From: Paracoccaceae bacterium
GTDB taxonomy: Bacteria > Pseudomonadota > Alphaproteobacteria > Rhodobacterales > Rhodobacteraceae
DNA length: 64,000 nt
Assembly: GCA_963669265.1 (NCBI GenBank)
Contig: OY769916.1
Location: forward strand, 757,973-821,972
Direction of reading: 5' to 3'
Part shown: in pieces, positions 48,976 to 58,916 of the stretch
How the letters are laid out: each line of letters opens with the position of its first letter
Position numbering within the stretch: position 1 is the stretch's first letter
Program-made: the position numbers and the translations under genes
The notes under the pieces: generated by a model
Told to the model about the DNA's origin: nothing
The model's input: only the letters and a program-made list of their open reading frames with translations
Databases searched by the model: none

Positions 48976-51231
48976 TCATGCGAGCGCCTTTGTTCTGGCC
49001 TCGATCAGCGTCTTCGCAATGCGCCTGTCCCGCGTCAGCATCGCACGCAAGTCTGGATCGGGCTGCACGATCCGTCCCGGTTGCGCCATCGCCTCGCGCG
49101 CGGCGCTGAAATCGACATATACGCCAGCGGCCGCCGCCGCGGTCATCGCGGCCCCCAACAGAACGGGAAATTCGGATTCCGACACCCGGATCGGCATATC
49201 CAGCGCCGAAGCGTAGAGCTGGATCAAAAGGTCGTTCTCGCTGTGTCCGCCCGCCACGCTGATCTCGCGTACAGGCGCTCCGCCGCTTTGCAGGCGGTCT
49301 TTCACATCGGCCAGATCCAGCGCCAGCCCCACGGCCGTTCGCCAGTAGAGCCGACATAGATCGTCAAAGCCCGCGCCCAAAGTCAGCCCGCAAATCATAC
49401 CCAACCCCAGCGGCCTGTCCGGATTCGATCGATCGCCATGAAACTCGGGAACGACATGCAGGCCGGGGGCGAGGTCGAGCCCCTCTTCGGCGCGTAGTTC
49501 CAAAATGCGGTCGATGATGCGAATGTGCTCGCCGCTGGACGGCGCACCCCCAGCCCCATGCCACTCGATCATGTGATCGAGCAAAGCGCCGGACGCCGAC
49601 TGGCCAAGCTCATTCATCCAGAGGCCGGGCGCGACGACGGAGAAATACGGGCCCCAAACGCCCTCGATCACAATCGGCGCGGGAGAGACCGTCATGATGC
49701 AGGTCGAGGTGCCCGCGATCAGGGCGGAGGCTGAACCGGACTCGAAAGCGTCCTTGGGCGACGCGCCCAACATGCCGGCATGCGCGTCGATCATGCCCGC
49801 GGCCACGCGGCAATCGGCGCTGAGCGACAGCGCCTCCGCAGCATCGGGGCTGAGCGTGTCGATCGCCTTACCAATCGTAACGCGCGCCTGCTCGCCGCCA
49901 CACTTCTCAATCATATCCTCCAGATCCAATGATCTGAGATAGCGCCGCCGCCAGCCATGATCGTCATCGGTGGAGATCGGCCATTTCGATCCAAGTGTAC
50001 AGGCGGAACGCGCGACCGACCCGGTGGCGCGCCACGTCAAAAAGTCCGCTAAATCAAAGAGATGTGCGGCGCGACGCCACGAATCTGGCAATTGTCGTTT
50101 GAGCCAGAGAACTTTTGGCGTCTGCATCTCGACTGAAACGACCGCGCCGTCCCGGGAAAGATCGGAATTATTCGCGGCTGTTGCGTCTCTTGCTTCCGTT
50201 TCCGCGCGGTGATCCATCCATGCGATGACATCCCAGCGGCTTACGCCAGCTCCGCTGACCGAGACCGGCGCTTCATCGGCGTCCCGGGCAACGAGCGACG
50301 TCGTCGCATCAAACCCGATCCCTCGCACTTGCGCCGGATCCACGCCGGCGGCGTTGATCGCCTCGCGCACCGCGCCGCAAACCGCGCCCCAGATCTCCTC
50401 TGAATCCTGCTCTGCGATCTCTGGTCGTGGCCGGTGCAAAGAAATCGGTCGCTTGGCGTAATCCAGCAACTCGCCGGAGGCGTTGAAGACGCCCGCGCGG
50501 GCGCTGGCCGTACCCACATCCACGCCGATCACCAGGTCGCCTTCCGCAGACCGGCGTCTGCTCTCTGAGAGCGAGTCCACCAGCCCCGGCAGCTCGGCCA
50601 TATCATCGAAGACCAGCGACGCGCCTGCAGCGCGCAGCGCCTCCGCATGGCCCGTCCCGCTGATATGAGAGCCGCCGACATAGCCAAACACCTGCATCCG
50701 CGCCCTGCGCGCCGCCTGAACGCCCGCCGGGCTGTCTTCGATGACCAGGCATCGCGTGGGATCGACACCCATCGTGCGGGCGGCGTGCAGGAACAGATCC
50801 GGCGCCGGCTTGCCGCGCACGACCATGGTCGAACTGAAGATATGGGGATGAAGCCGATCAAAAAGCCCTGAGATCCGGAGCGTCAATTCGATCCGCTCAG
50901 GCTGACTGGAGGAGGCCACGCAGCGCGGCAGCTCAATCCGGTCCAGCGCCTCAGCGACATTGCGGGTCGCGGTCAGATCCCGCTCGAAAAGGCCATAGAG
51001 CCGCCGCCGCATCCGGGCGAGATCATCCTCGCCGAGACGCGCGCCGAACTCCTCCGCCAGGATCGCTGTGGTCGAGGCCAGGCTCAATCCCAGAAACCGG
51101 GCGCTCGCAGCCTCCGTCGTTAGAGCGACGCCCGCCTCGGCGACGCTCTCGAGCAAGGCCTTAAGCGCCAATGGCTCGCTGTCCACAAGCACGCCGTCGC
51201 AATCAAATATGACAAGCCTTGGTCGCATCAT
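48976..51231 (-). CDS. Fusion protein: N-terminal HAD-superfamily phosphatase/phosphomutase + C-terminal FGGY-family carbohydrate (pentulose-type) kinase
   Basis: HAD motif I 'VIFDCDGVLVDSE' and motif III/IV region 'CLVIEDSPAGVQAA'. This is followed by the FGGY N-terminus 'VIGVDVGTASARAG' and ~520 aa of kinase. Start at ATG 51231 is likely (track: TTG 51279). Confidence 0.8.
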   Translation of the reverse strand: MMRPRLVIFDCDGVLVDSEPLALKALLESVAEAGVALTTEAASARFLGLSLASTTAILAEEFGARLGEDDLARMRRRLYGLFERDLTATRNVAEALDRIELPRCVASSSQPERIELTLRISGLFDRLHPHIFSSTMVVRGKPAPDLFLHAARTMGVDPTRCLVIEDSPAGVQAARRARMQVFGYVGGSHISGTGHAEALRAAGASLVFDDMAELPGLVDSLSESRRRSAEGDLVIGVDVGTASARAGVFNASGELLDYAKRPISLHRPRPEIAEQDSEEIWGAVCGAVREAINAAGVDPAQVRGIGFDATTSLVARDADEAPVSVSGAGVSRWDVIAWMDHRAETEARDATAANNSDLSRDGAVVSVEMQTPKVLWLKRQLPDSWRRAAHLFDLADFLTWRATGSVARSACTLGSKWPISTDDDHGWRRRYLRSLDLEDMIEKCGGEQARVTIGKAIDTLSPDAAEALSLSADCRVAAGMIDAHAGMLGASPKDAFESGSASALIAGTSTCIMTVSPAPIVIEGVWGPYFSVVAPGLWMNELGQSASGALLDHMIEWHGAGGAPSSGEHIRIIDRILELRAEEGLDLAPGLHVVPEFHGDRSNPDRPLGLGMICGLTLGAGFDDLCRLYWRTAVGLALDLADVKDRLQSGGAPVREISVAGGHSENDLLIQLYASALDMPIRVSESEFPVLLGAAMTAAAAAGVYVDFSAAREAMAQPGRIVQPDPDLRAMLTRDRRIAKTLIEARTKALA

Positions 51232-51288
51232 CGGATTTGACCGTTCGAAGCCGCCGCGCGCAAGGGCGGCGACGCCCAACGCCGCGTA

Positions 51289-52761
51289 CTAGTGCAAACG
51301 ATTGTCCAGATAGGCGCGCAATGTCGCGTCCACGCCCGATTGAGAAAGCGCGTCCGCGGCCACCCGGAACGCGCTCCGGAACGTCTCGGAATGCGCCAGA
51401 TCGCCAAAGACGTCGTCCATCTCCAGAAAGCCCATCGGATCGTCGCCGGAGCCGGTCGCCATATGGCGCAGTCTTTCCGCATTCGGGTCATCCGCGTCGA
51501 TCTTTGCGCCGGAATCGGAATAGCCCTGCCAATAGCGACGCCAGAGCGCGCTCTCCAACGCCAGACCGGTGATCGGCTGACCGGACTTCACCCTGTCGGC
51601 TGTGGAGGGAAGAATGAATTTCGGCTGCCGGTTGGATCCGTCCTGACACAACCGATGAATCGTATCCGCAATCTTCGGGTTGGCGAAGCGACGTGCCAGA
51701 AGATCAAGATAGCCCAGCGGATCCGGAGCGCCCGCCGCAACAACGGTCGGGATGATCTCATCCCGCTCAACCTTGTCCAGCCACGCCGCGATCAGCGGAT
51801 TGGCCATCGCCTCATGCGCGTATTCGATATCCAGCATTGCGGAGGCGTACGCGATCAGGGCGTGCCCGCCATTCAGCATGCGCAGCTTCATCAGCTCATA
51901 AGTCGCGACATCGTCGACAAACGTGACGCCGACCTCCTCAAGCGCCGGTCGCCCGCAGGAAAACTCGTCTTCGAGCACCCATTGCGAGAAGTCCTCACAG
52001 AAGACCGGCCAGGCGTCCTCGATCCCGAAATCGTCGCGCAGGATGGCGCGCTCCCGATCCGAGGTTGCGGGCGTGATCCGGTCGACCATCCCATTAGGAA
52101 ACGCGACTTCATCGTTGATCCGCCTGGCGAAATCCGGACCTGACATTTCCGCAAGACCCACGATCACCTGTCGGGCCACCACGCCGTTTCCCGGCAGGTT
52201 ATCGCAAGACATGACGGTGAATGGCGGCGTTCCCGCATCAAATCGCGCGCGTAAAGCTTTCAGGATGACGCCAAAAACCGTGCTTGGCGCGTTTGGCGCC
52301 GCGGCATCCGCGCGCATCGCTTCATGTGTCGGGTCGAACGCGCCGGTCGCCGAGTCGATGAAATAGCCGCCTTCCGTCACCGTTAGCGACACGATGCGCG
52401 TCGCCGGATCCGCCATGCGGGCGACCAGCGCTTCGGTGTCGCCGACCGGAGAGAAATCGATCATGGATCCGATGACCCGCGCCGAGGAGCTGTCCGCCTC
52501 CTGCTCGACGACCGTGGTCAGCCAGTCCTGCCCCTCAAGCGCGTCTCGCAACCGGGCGTCGGCCGGCATCACACCGGCGCCGATAATGGCCCAATCGAGA
52601 TCCCGACCGAGATTGAACAGCCGGTCGAAATAGACCGCCTGATGCGCCCTGTGAAAATTGCCGACGCCGACATGAACAACGCCGGGCGACAGGTTTTCGC
52701 GCACATATCGCGGCGTCGTGGCGGAGGAGATCCGGCCGAGATTCTCGAGGGATAGTTTCAT
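51289..52761 (-). CDS. mtlK: Mannitol 2-dehydrogenase (long-chain polyol dehydrogenase family)
   Basis: 'HVGVGNFHRAHQAVY' N-terminal motif. Start at ATG 52761 with SD 'gggagaag'. It lies downstream of smoS, as in known smo operons. Confidence 0.85.
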   Translation of the reverse strand: MKLSLENLGRISSATTPRYVRENLSPGVVHVGVGNFHRAHQAVYFDRLFNLGRDLDWAIIGAGVMPADARLRDALEGQDWLTTVVEQEADSSSARVIGSMIDFSPVGDTEALVARMADPATRIVSLTVTEGGYFIDSATGAFDPTHEAMRADAAAPNAPSTVFGVILKALRARFDAGTPPFTVMSCDNLPGNGVVARQVIVGLAEMSGPDFARRINDEVAFPNGMVDRITPATSDRERAILRDDFGIEDAWPVFCEDFSQWVLEDEFSCGRPALEEVGVTFVDDVATYELMKLRMLNGGHALIAYASAMLDIEYAHEAMANPLIAAWLDKVERDEIIPTVVAAGAPDPLGYLDLLARRFANPKIADTIHRLCQDGSNRQPKFILPSTADRVKSGQPITGLALESALWRRYWQGYSDSGAKIDADDPNAERLRHMATGSGDDPMGFLEMDDVFGDLAHSETFRSAFRVAADALSQSGVDATLRAYLDNRLH

Positions 52762-52775
52762 CTTCGTCTTCTCCC

Positions 52776-53549
52776 TCACGCCAGCCAGTTGCCGCCATCG
52801 ACGCCGAAGGTCTGACCGACCACATAGTCGGCCCCCTCGCCCGCCAGAAACACCGCCATCCCGATCAGGTCATCCGCGGTTCCCATGCGCCCATAGGGCA
52901 CGGCTTCGCCCACGAGGCGTTTCTTCTCGCCTGGCGCCAGGCCTTCGTATTTGGCGAATAAAGCATCGACCCCGTCCCAGTGTTCGCCTTCGACCACGCC
53001 GGGCGCGATGGCGTTGACGTTGATCCCGTGCGGTATCAGATTCAGTCCCGCCGATTGGGTCAGGCTGATGACCGCCGCCTTGGTCGCGCAATAGACCGCG
53101 ACCAAAGATTCCCCGCGCCGTCCCGCCTGGCTGGCCATATTGATGATCCTGCCGCCGCGTCCCTGCGCAATCATGGCGTTGGCGGCGGCTTGTAGCGTAA
53201 AAAGCGTGCCCGCTACGTTGACGGAGAACAGGCGGTCATAGCTGTCGCGGGTTATCTCGGTGATCGGCGCGGCGTCGAAGAGCGCGGCGTTGTTGACCAG
53301 AATATCGAGGCCCCCTGCATGCTCCGCCACCGCCGCGATCGCGAGGTCGACGGACTCTTGGTCCGCCACGTCCATCCGGACGGCGTAGGCGCCCAGCCCG
53401 ATCTCTTCCGCCGCCGCTTTGGCCCGGTCCAGATCGATATCGCCGACGGCGACCAGCGCGCCCTCACGGGCGTAGGCGGCGGCGACGGCCATGCCGATGC
53501 CGCGCGCCGCGCCGGTGACGAGCGCCGATTTGCCGTCCAAGCCCACCAT
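52776..53549 (-). CDS. smoS: Sorbitol dehydrogenase (short-chain dehydrogenase/reductase)
   Basis: Start trimmed to ATG 53549 (overlaps the smoK stop). 'TGAARGIG' and 'YCATKAA' SDR motifs. 257 aa. Confidence 0.8.
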   Translation of the reverse strand: MVGLDGKSALVTGAARGIGMAVAAAYAREGALVAVGDIDLDRAKAAAEEIGLGAYAVRMDVADQESVDLAIAAVAEHAGGLDILVNNAALFDAAPITEITRDSYDRLFSVNVAGTLFTLQAAANAMIAQGRGGRIINMASQAGRRGESLVAVYCATKAAVISLTQSAGLNLIPHGINVNAIAPGVVEGEHWDGVDALFAKYEGLAPGEKKRLVGEAVPYGRMGTADDLIGMAVFLAGEGADYVVGQTFGVDGGNWLA

Positions 53550-54547
53550 CAGATCGCTTTGCCGTCCGCGCCGAAACGATAGACGCGATCCGGATCCGGG
53601 CTCAGGAACACCTTGTCGCCATGGCGGACGTCGAACTCGCCCGTCGCGCGCGCGGTGACCGCGCCCACGCCGTCGACATTGACATGCAGCAGCGTGTCCG
53701 AGCCAAGGTGTTCTGCGACATTGATCACGCCGGACCAATCGCCGCTCTCCTTGGAAAGGTTGAAGTGCTCCGGACGGACGCCGATGGTGGTGGCGTTCGC
53801 GCGAGACGCCGCCTCGCCGCCGATCAGGTTCATCTTCGGCGAGCCGATAAATCCGGCCACAAAAGTGTTGGCGGGATTGCGGTAGAGCTCCATGGGGGAG
53901 CCGACCTGCTCGATATAGCCGTCATGCAGAACCACGATCTTGTCGGCCATGGTCATCGCCTCGATCTGGTCGTGGGTGACGTAGACCATCGTGGTGGAGA
54001 GTTCATTGTGCAGCTCGCTGATCTCCAGCCGCATGCTGCCGCGCAACGCCGCGTCGAGGTTCGAGAGCGGTTCATCGAACATGAACGCCGACGGCTCGCG
54101 CACGATCGCCCGGCCAATCGCCACGCGCTGACGCTGACCGCCAGAGAGCTGACCGGGGCGACGCTCAAGATAGTCGTTCAGGTTCAGCACATTGGCCGCG
54201 CCGCGCACTTTCTTGTCGATCTCCGCCCCGTCCAGACCGGCCATCTTCAGCGGAAACGCGATGTTCTTGTAGACCGTCATATGCGGATAGAGCGCATAGG
54301 ACTGGAACACCATCGCCAGCTTGCGTTTCGCCGGCGGCAGATTGGTGGCGTCCACGCCGTCGATGCTGATCTTGCCGCCGGAGATATCCTCCAGTCCGGC
54401 GATCAGGCGAAGCAGGGTGGACTTGCCGCAGCCCGAGGGGCCGACGAACACGACGAACTCGCCATCGTTGATCTCCAGATCGACGCCGGGAATGACATTC
54501 ACGTTGCCGAACGACTTGCTGACGTTTTCAAGTTTGATAGCGCCCAT
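53549..54547 (-). CDS. smoK: Polyol (sorbitol/mannitol) ABC transporter ATP-binding protein, MalK-like
   Basis: 'GPSGCGKST', 'LSGGQRQR', 'FMFDEPLS', plus a C-terminal MalK-type regulatory domain. Confidence 0.85.
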   Translation of the reverse strand: MGAIKLENVSKSFGNVNVIPGVDLEINDGEFVVFVGPSGCGKSTLLRLIAGLEDISGGKISIDGVDATNLPPAKRKLAMVFQSYALYPHMTVYKNIAFPLKMAGLDGAEIDKKVRGAANVLNLNDYLERRPGQLSGGQRQRVAIGRAIVREPSAFMFDEPLSNLDAALRGSMRLEISELHNELSTTMVYVTHDQIEAMTMADKIVVLHDGYIEQVGSPMELYRNPANTFVAGFIGSPKMNLIGGEAASRANATTIGVRPEHFNLSKESGDWSGVINVAEHLGSDTLLHVNVDGVGAVTARATGEFDVRHGDKVFLSPDPDRVYRFGADGKAI

Positions 54548-54559
54548 TGTTTCAGTTCC

Positions 54560-55390
54560 TTATTTGACAGCGCCGAAGGTCAGGCCGCTTACGAGTTGTT
54601 TCTGGCTGAACCAGCCAAGGATCAGGATTGGCGCGATGGCCATCGTCGAGGCCGCGCTGAGCTTGGCGTAGAACAATCCCTCGGGGCTGGAGTAGCTGGC
54701 GATGAACGCCGTCAGAGGCGCCGCTTTGGCCGCGGTCAGGTTCAGGGTCCAGAAGGCCTCGTTCCACGCCAGGATGAAGTTCAGGAGCAGGGTGGAGGCG
54801 ATGCCGGGGACGGCCATCGGCGTGAGTATGTAAAGGATCTCCTCCTTCAGCGACGCGCCGTCCATGCGGGCCGCCTCAAGGATTTCGCCGGGGATCTCCT
54901 TGAAATAGGTGTAGAGCATCCAGACGATGATCGGCAGGTTCATCAGCATCAGAACCATGACCAGCCCGAAGCGCGTATCCAGCAGTCCCAAATTGATGAA
55001 CAGCAGATAGATCGGATAGAGCACGCCGACGGCGGGGAGCATCTTGGTGGAGAGCATCCAGAGCAGGATGTCCTTGGTGCGTTTTGAGGGCACGAAGGCC
55101 ATGGACCAGGCGGCGGGAATGGCGACGATGATGCCCAGGATCGTGGAGCCGCCGGCGATGATCACCGAGTTCCAGAGAAAGCGCATATAGTCTGAGCGCT
55201 CCTGAACGACGGCGTAGTTCTCCAGCGTCCAGTCGAAGAAGAAGAACAGCGGCGGGTCGTTGATCGCCTGCGCCTCCGTCTTGAAGCTGGTCAGGATCGT
55301 CCAGAGGATCGGAAAGAAGATCAGCAGGCCAATCGTCCAGGCGGCGGCGGTGTTGATGATCTTGCGGTTTTGCGTCACTGCGCGAGCCAT
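54560..55390 (-). CDS. smoG: Polyol ABC transporter permease (CUT1)
   Basis: MalG-like permease. Start placed at ATG 55390 (SD 'gaggag', 10 nt after the smoF stop); the track ORF starts at a TTG at 55423. Confidence 0.8.
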   Translation of the reverse strand: MARAVTQNRKIINTAAAWTIGLLIFFPILWTILTSFKTEAQAINDPPLFFFFDWTLENYAVVQERSDYMRFLWNSVIIAGGSTILGIIVAIPAAWSMAFVPSKRTKDILLWMLSTKMLPAVGVLYPIYLLFINLGLLDTRFGLVMVLMLMNLPIIVWMLYTYFKEIPGEILEAARMDGASLKEEILYILTPMAVPGIASTLLLNFILAWNEAFWTLNLTAAKAAPLTAFIASYSSPEGLFYAKLSAASTMAIAPILILGWFSQKQLVSGLTFGAVK

Positions 55391-55400
55391 GATGTTCTCC

Positions 55401-56267
55401 TCACGCGTCCAGGTTTTTGCCAACGATGCGCATCAGGAAGATGGCGACGATATTGGCGAGAATGATTGCGTAGACGCCGCCGGCGGAACCGAGCCCGACA
55501 TTCTGACTCTCCAGCACGCGTTGGTAGATCAGGTAGGTCAGCGTCCGGGTGCCGAAGCTGCCCTGCGTGGTCACGAAGATCTCGGCGAAGATCGCCAGCA
55601 GAAAGATCGTCTGGATCAGGATCACGATCGTGATGGCGCGGCCGAGATGCGGCAGAATGATGTAACCGAAGCGCTTCAGCGGCGGGGCGCCGTCCATCTC
55701 GGCGGCTTCAAGCTGCTCGCCGTCCAGCGACTGAATGGCCGTCAGCAGAATAAGCGTCGCGAAGGGCAGCCACTGCCACGAGACGATCATGACGATGGAT
55801 TGCAGCGACGCCTGACTGAGCCACTCGATCGGCGCGGCGCCGAAGAATTTCCAGAGATGCGCGAACAGCCCGTTCACCGGGTCCATGAACATGTTCTTCC
55901 AGACCAGGGCCGAGACGGTCGGCATCACGAAGAACGGCGCGATCACCAGGATGCGGACCACGCCCTGCCCGAACATCGGCTGGTTCAGAAGCAGCGCCAG
56001 CAGGACGCCAAAGACCACTGTGATGATCAGCACGCCGCCGACGATCACCAGCGTCGCCTGCACGCTGGGCCAGAAGGCGCTCGACGTGACGAAGCGGACA
56101 TAGTTGTCGAAGCCCACCCATCCGAGATCTCCGCCGCGCAGCGGCAGGTATTTCTTGAACGAGAAATAGAGCGTCATCATCAACGGGACGAGCATCCATC
56201 CCAGGAGAAATATGACCGCCGGCGCCATCATCAGTCTGGCTGCAGAGCGGGAATGCTGGGTCGCCAT
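55401..56267 (-). CDS. smoF: Polyol ABC transporter permease (CUT1)
   Basis: MalF-like 288-aa permease with 'EAAEMDGA' EAA-loop motif. Confidence 0.8.
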   Translation of the reverse strand: MATQHSRSAARLMMAPAVIFLLGWMLVPLMMTLYFSFKKYLPLRGGDLGWVGFDNYVRFVTSSAFWPSVQATLVIVGGVLIITVVFGVLLALLLNQPMFGQGVVRILVIAPFFVMPTVSALVWKNMFMDPVNGLFAHLWKFFGAAPIEWLSQASLQSIVMIVSWQWLPFATLILLTAIQSLDGEQLEAAEMDGAPPLKRFGYIILPHLGRAITIVILIQTIFLLAIFAEIFVTTQGSFGTRTLTYLIYQRVLESQNVGLGSAGGVYAIILANIVAIFLMRIVGKNLDA

Positions 56268-56343
56268 TGGGCGCGCCTCCTCTGTTGTCGGCGAAGAGCC
56301 GACCGGAAATGCGGATTAAGAAAACGTGGGTTCAGGAAACCCA

Positions 56344-56374
56344 GGGGGCGGCGCGTATCGGGGGAGCCGCCCCC
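56344..56374 (-). other. Intercistronic GC-rich hairpin after the binding-protein gene
   Basis: 'gggggcggc-N13-gccgccccc' is a 9-bp perfect stem, 18 nt after the smoE stop and before smoF. Confidence 0.35.
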
Positions 56375-56391
56375 TGAGTCTGGGAGGAAGC

Positions 56392-57696
56392 TTAGTAGCC
56401 TGCCGCTTCCATCTCGTCGGCGACGAGCGCCTGCGCCTTGGCCAGGGCCTCGTCCGGTGTCTGCTGTCCAGCGACCATGGCGGAGAATTCCTGCCCGGCC
56501 GAGGTGCCGATGCCGGCCCATTCGGGGATCGCGACATACTGGATGCCGACATAAGGCACCGGATCGACGGTCGGGTTGCTCGGATCGGCCGCGTTGATCG
56601 AGTCGAGCGTCATCTTCGCGAACGGCGCCGCCTCAAGATAGGTCGGGTTCTCATAGAGCGACGTGCGGCTGCCCGGAGGCACGTTCGCCCAGCCCTCTTT
56701 CTCGGCGACGAGCGCCAGGTACTCTTTCGACGTGGCCCAGTTGATGAACTCCTTGGCCGCGCCTTCTTTCTGCGTGCCCGCAGGAATCGCAAGCGCCCAG
56801 GCCCACAGCCAGTTGGCCCGTTTGCCGACGCCCGTGTCCGGCGCAAGCGCGAAGCCCACCTTGTCGGCGACGGTCGAGTCGGTCGGATTGGTCACAAAGG
56901 ACGCCGCCACCGTCGCGTCGATCCACATGCCGCATTTGCCCTGCTGGAACAGCGACAGGTTCTCGTTGAACCCGTTGGTCGAGGCGCCGGGAGGGCCGTA
57001 GCTGGTGATCAGGTCGTTGTAGAACGTCACGGCGGCCTTCCACTCGGCGCTGTCGAGCTGCGGCTTCCAATCTTCGTCGAACCAGCGCGCGCCAAACGAG
57101 TTGGCCACGGTGGTGATGAAGGCCATGTTCTCGCCCCAGCCGGCCTTGCCGCGCAGACAGACGCCGTAGATCTCATTGTCCTTATCGGTCATCGCCGCCG
57201 CGGCGTCCTTGATGACGTCCCAGGTCGGCGCGTCCGGCATCTCCATCCCGGCCTTCTCCATCAGGTCGGTCCGGTACATGATCATCGAGCTTTCGCCGTA
57301 GAACGGCGCGGCGTACATCGTGCCGTCGATCGACAGACCGGCGCGCATCGCCGGAAGGATGTCGTCGATATCGTACTCGGCCGGCAGATCGTTCAGCGAG
57401 ACCAGCCAGTTCTGAGCGCCCCAGATCGGCGTTTCGTACATGCCGATCGTCATCACGTCGAACTGGCCGCCCTTGGCGGCGATGTCCTGCGTGACGCGCT
57501 GACGAAGAACGTTTTCCTCGAGCGTGACCCACTCAACCTCGTGCCCGGTCTTCGCGGTGAAGTCTTCAGTGAGACCCTGCATGCGGATCATGTCGCCGTT
57601 GTTCACGGTCGCGATCGTGATCGTTTCGGCGCTGGCCAGCGCGGTCGTGGCGGCAAGCGCCCCTACAGCCATGCCAAGTCGGGTGAGATAGCGCAT
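56392..57696 (-). CDS. smoE: Periplasmic sorbitol/mannitol-binding protein (CUT1 SBP)
   Basis: 434 aa. Signal peptide 'MRYLTRLGMAVGALAATTALASA'. First gene of the smoEFGK-smoS-mtlK array. Confidence 0.8.
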   Translation of the reverse strand: MRYLTRLGMAVGALAATTALASAETITIATVNNGDMIRMQGLTEDFTAKTGHEVEWVTLEENVLRQRVTQDIAAKGGQFDVMTIGMYETPIWGAQNWLVSLNDLPAEYDIDDILPAMRAGLSIDGTMYAAPFYGESSMIMYRTDLMEKAGMEMPDAPTWDVIKDAAAAMTDKDNEIYGVCLRGKAGWGENMAFITTVANSFGARWFDEDWKPQLDSAEWKAAVTFYNDLITSYGPPGASTNGFNENLSLFQQGKCGMWIDATVAASFVTNPTDSTVADKVGFALAPDTGVGKRANWLWAWALAIPAGTQKEGAAKEFINWATSKEYLALVAEKEGWANVPPGSRTSLYENPTYLEAAPFAKMTLDSINAADPSNPTVDPVPYVGIQYVAIPEWAGIGTSAGQEFSAMVAGQQTPDEALAKAQALVADEMEAAGY

Positions 57697-57937
57697 CCGG
57701 TGTCCTCCAAGTAGCGATTAATTATTCATTGCTTGAGCTATTGCTCACATAATGTGTATGATTCGTCAACATTCGTTGATCAGCCGACGGCGTTTTTCGT
57801 GTTGAAAATCGGCCAACTTGGTGGAGAGATAGAGTGATAGGGCGCGTAGATTGATTTTGGGGGGACTGCAGATATGATTGATTACTTAGAGATTGGGCGA
57901 TTGTTCGGACTGGAAGTCCCAAAATCAGGCGCGACGA

Positions 57938-58906
57938 ATGGCTGAACCCACATCTGGCGCCAACAAGCGCAGCGAGGACGCCGCGCGCGCCGCCTGGCTG
58001 TATTTCATCGCAGCACGCACGCAGGATGAGATCGCAGCGCAATTGGGCATTTCGCGCCAGGCCGCGCAGCGTCTGGTCGCCTTCGCCGTCAGTGAGAACC
58101 TGATCAAGTTTCGCCTCGACCATCCGATCTCAAACTGTATGGAGCTCGCCCGCCGCTTAGAGGATCGGTATCAGCTGGAATTCTGCGAAGTATCCCCCAG
58201 CGACAAAGACGCGCCCGGCTCAGTCAAGGGCGTGGCCATCGCGACGGCGCAGAGATTCGAGCGGCTGCTCTCCTCAAAAGCGCCCACGATTCTCTGCGTC
58301 GGCACCGGACGCACGATGCGCGCCGCGGTGGAGGAGTTGGACGCGATCGATCGTCCGCAGCACAAGCTGGTGTCGCTGGTCGGCAATATGTCGGTAGGTG
58401 GTCACGCGAGTCCTTATGACGTCGTCATGCGCCTCGGCGACAAGGTCGGCGCCGCCCGCTATCCAATGCCCGCCCCGGTGCTGATGGAGACGATCGGCGA
58501 AAGAGAGGGGCTGAGCAATCAGCGCTTTTACACAACGCTGACCGATTTGCGGCGGGAGGCGCGCGCAAGCTTTGTCGGCATCAGCCAGATCGGCTGGAAA
58601 TGTCCTATGCACAAGGACGGGTTCATGACCGACGCCGACATCGCAGCGCTACTTGACGCCGGCGCGGTGGGCGAGATCACCGGCTGGCCCATCGACGCCG
58701 AGGGCCGCATCGTGCGCTCCAAAGTCACTGACCGCATCGCGAGCCTGCCGCTAGAGATCCCGCCAGAGCGCACCACGATCGTCGCCGCCTGCGGAGCGGA
58801 AAAGCTGGCGGCGATCACGGCAGGTCTGAAAGGCGGCTTGATCACCGGCCTGATCACCGATGAGGCGACGGCGATCGGCGTGCTCGAACTGGGCGGAGCG
58901 GCCTGA
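57938..58906 (+). CDS. SorC/DeoR-type sugar-binding transcriptional regulator
   Basis: Start at ATG 57938. 'AARAAWLYFIAARTQDEIAAQLGISRQAAQRLV' sigma-70 region-4-like HTH plus a SorC sugar-binding domain. It is divergent from smoE. Confidence 0.8.
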   Translation: MAEPTSGANKRSEDAARAAWLYFIAARTQDEIAAQLGISRQAAQRLVAFAVSENLIKFRLDHPISNCMELARRLEDRYQLEFCEVSPSDKDAPGSVKGVAIATAQRFERLLSSKAPTILCVGTGRTMRAAVEELDAIDRPQHKLVSLVGNMSVGGHASPYDVVMRLGDKVGAARYPMPAPVLMETIGEREGLSNQRFYTTLTDLRREARASFVGISQIGWKCPMHKDGFMTDADIAALLDAGAVGEITGWPIDAEGRIVRSKVTDRIASLPLEIPPERTTIVAACGAEKLAAITAGLKGGLITGLITDEATAIGVLELGGAA

Positions 58907-58916
58907 CCCATTTGGG

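Noticed and set aside
53621-57714. Three long plus-strand ORFs (488, 445 and 462 aa)
   Set aside because: All are antisense to the clearly recognisable smoK, smoG, smoF and smoE genes. They are His/Arg/Asp/Gly-rich low-complexity translations.
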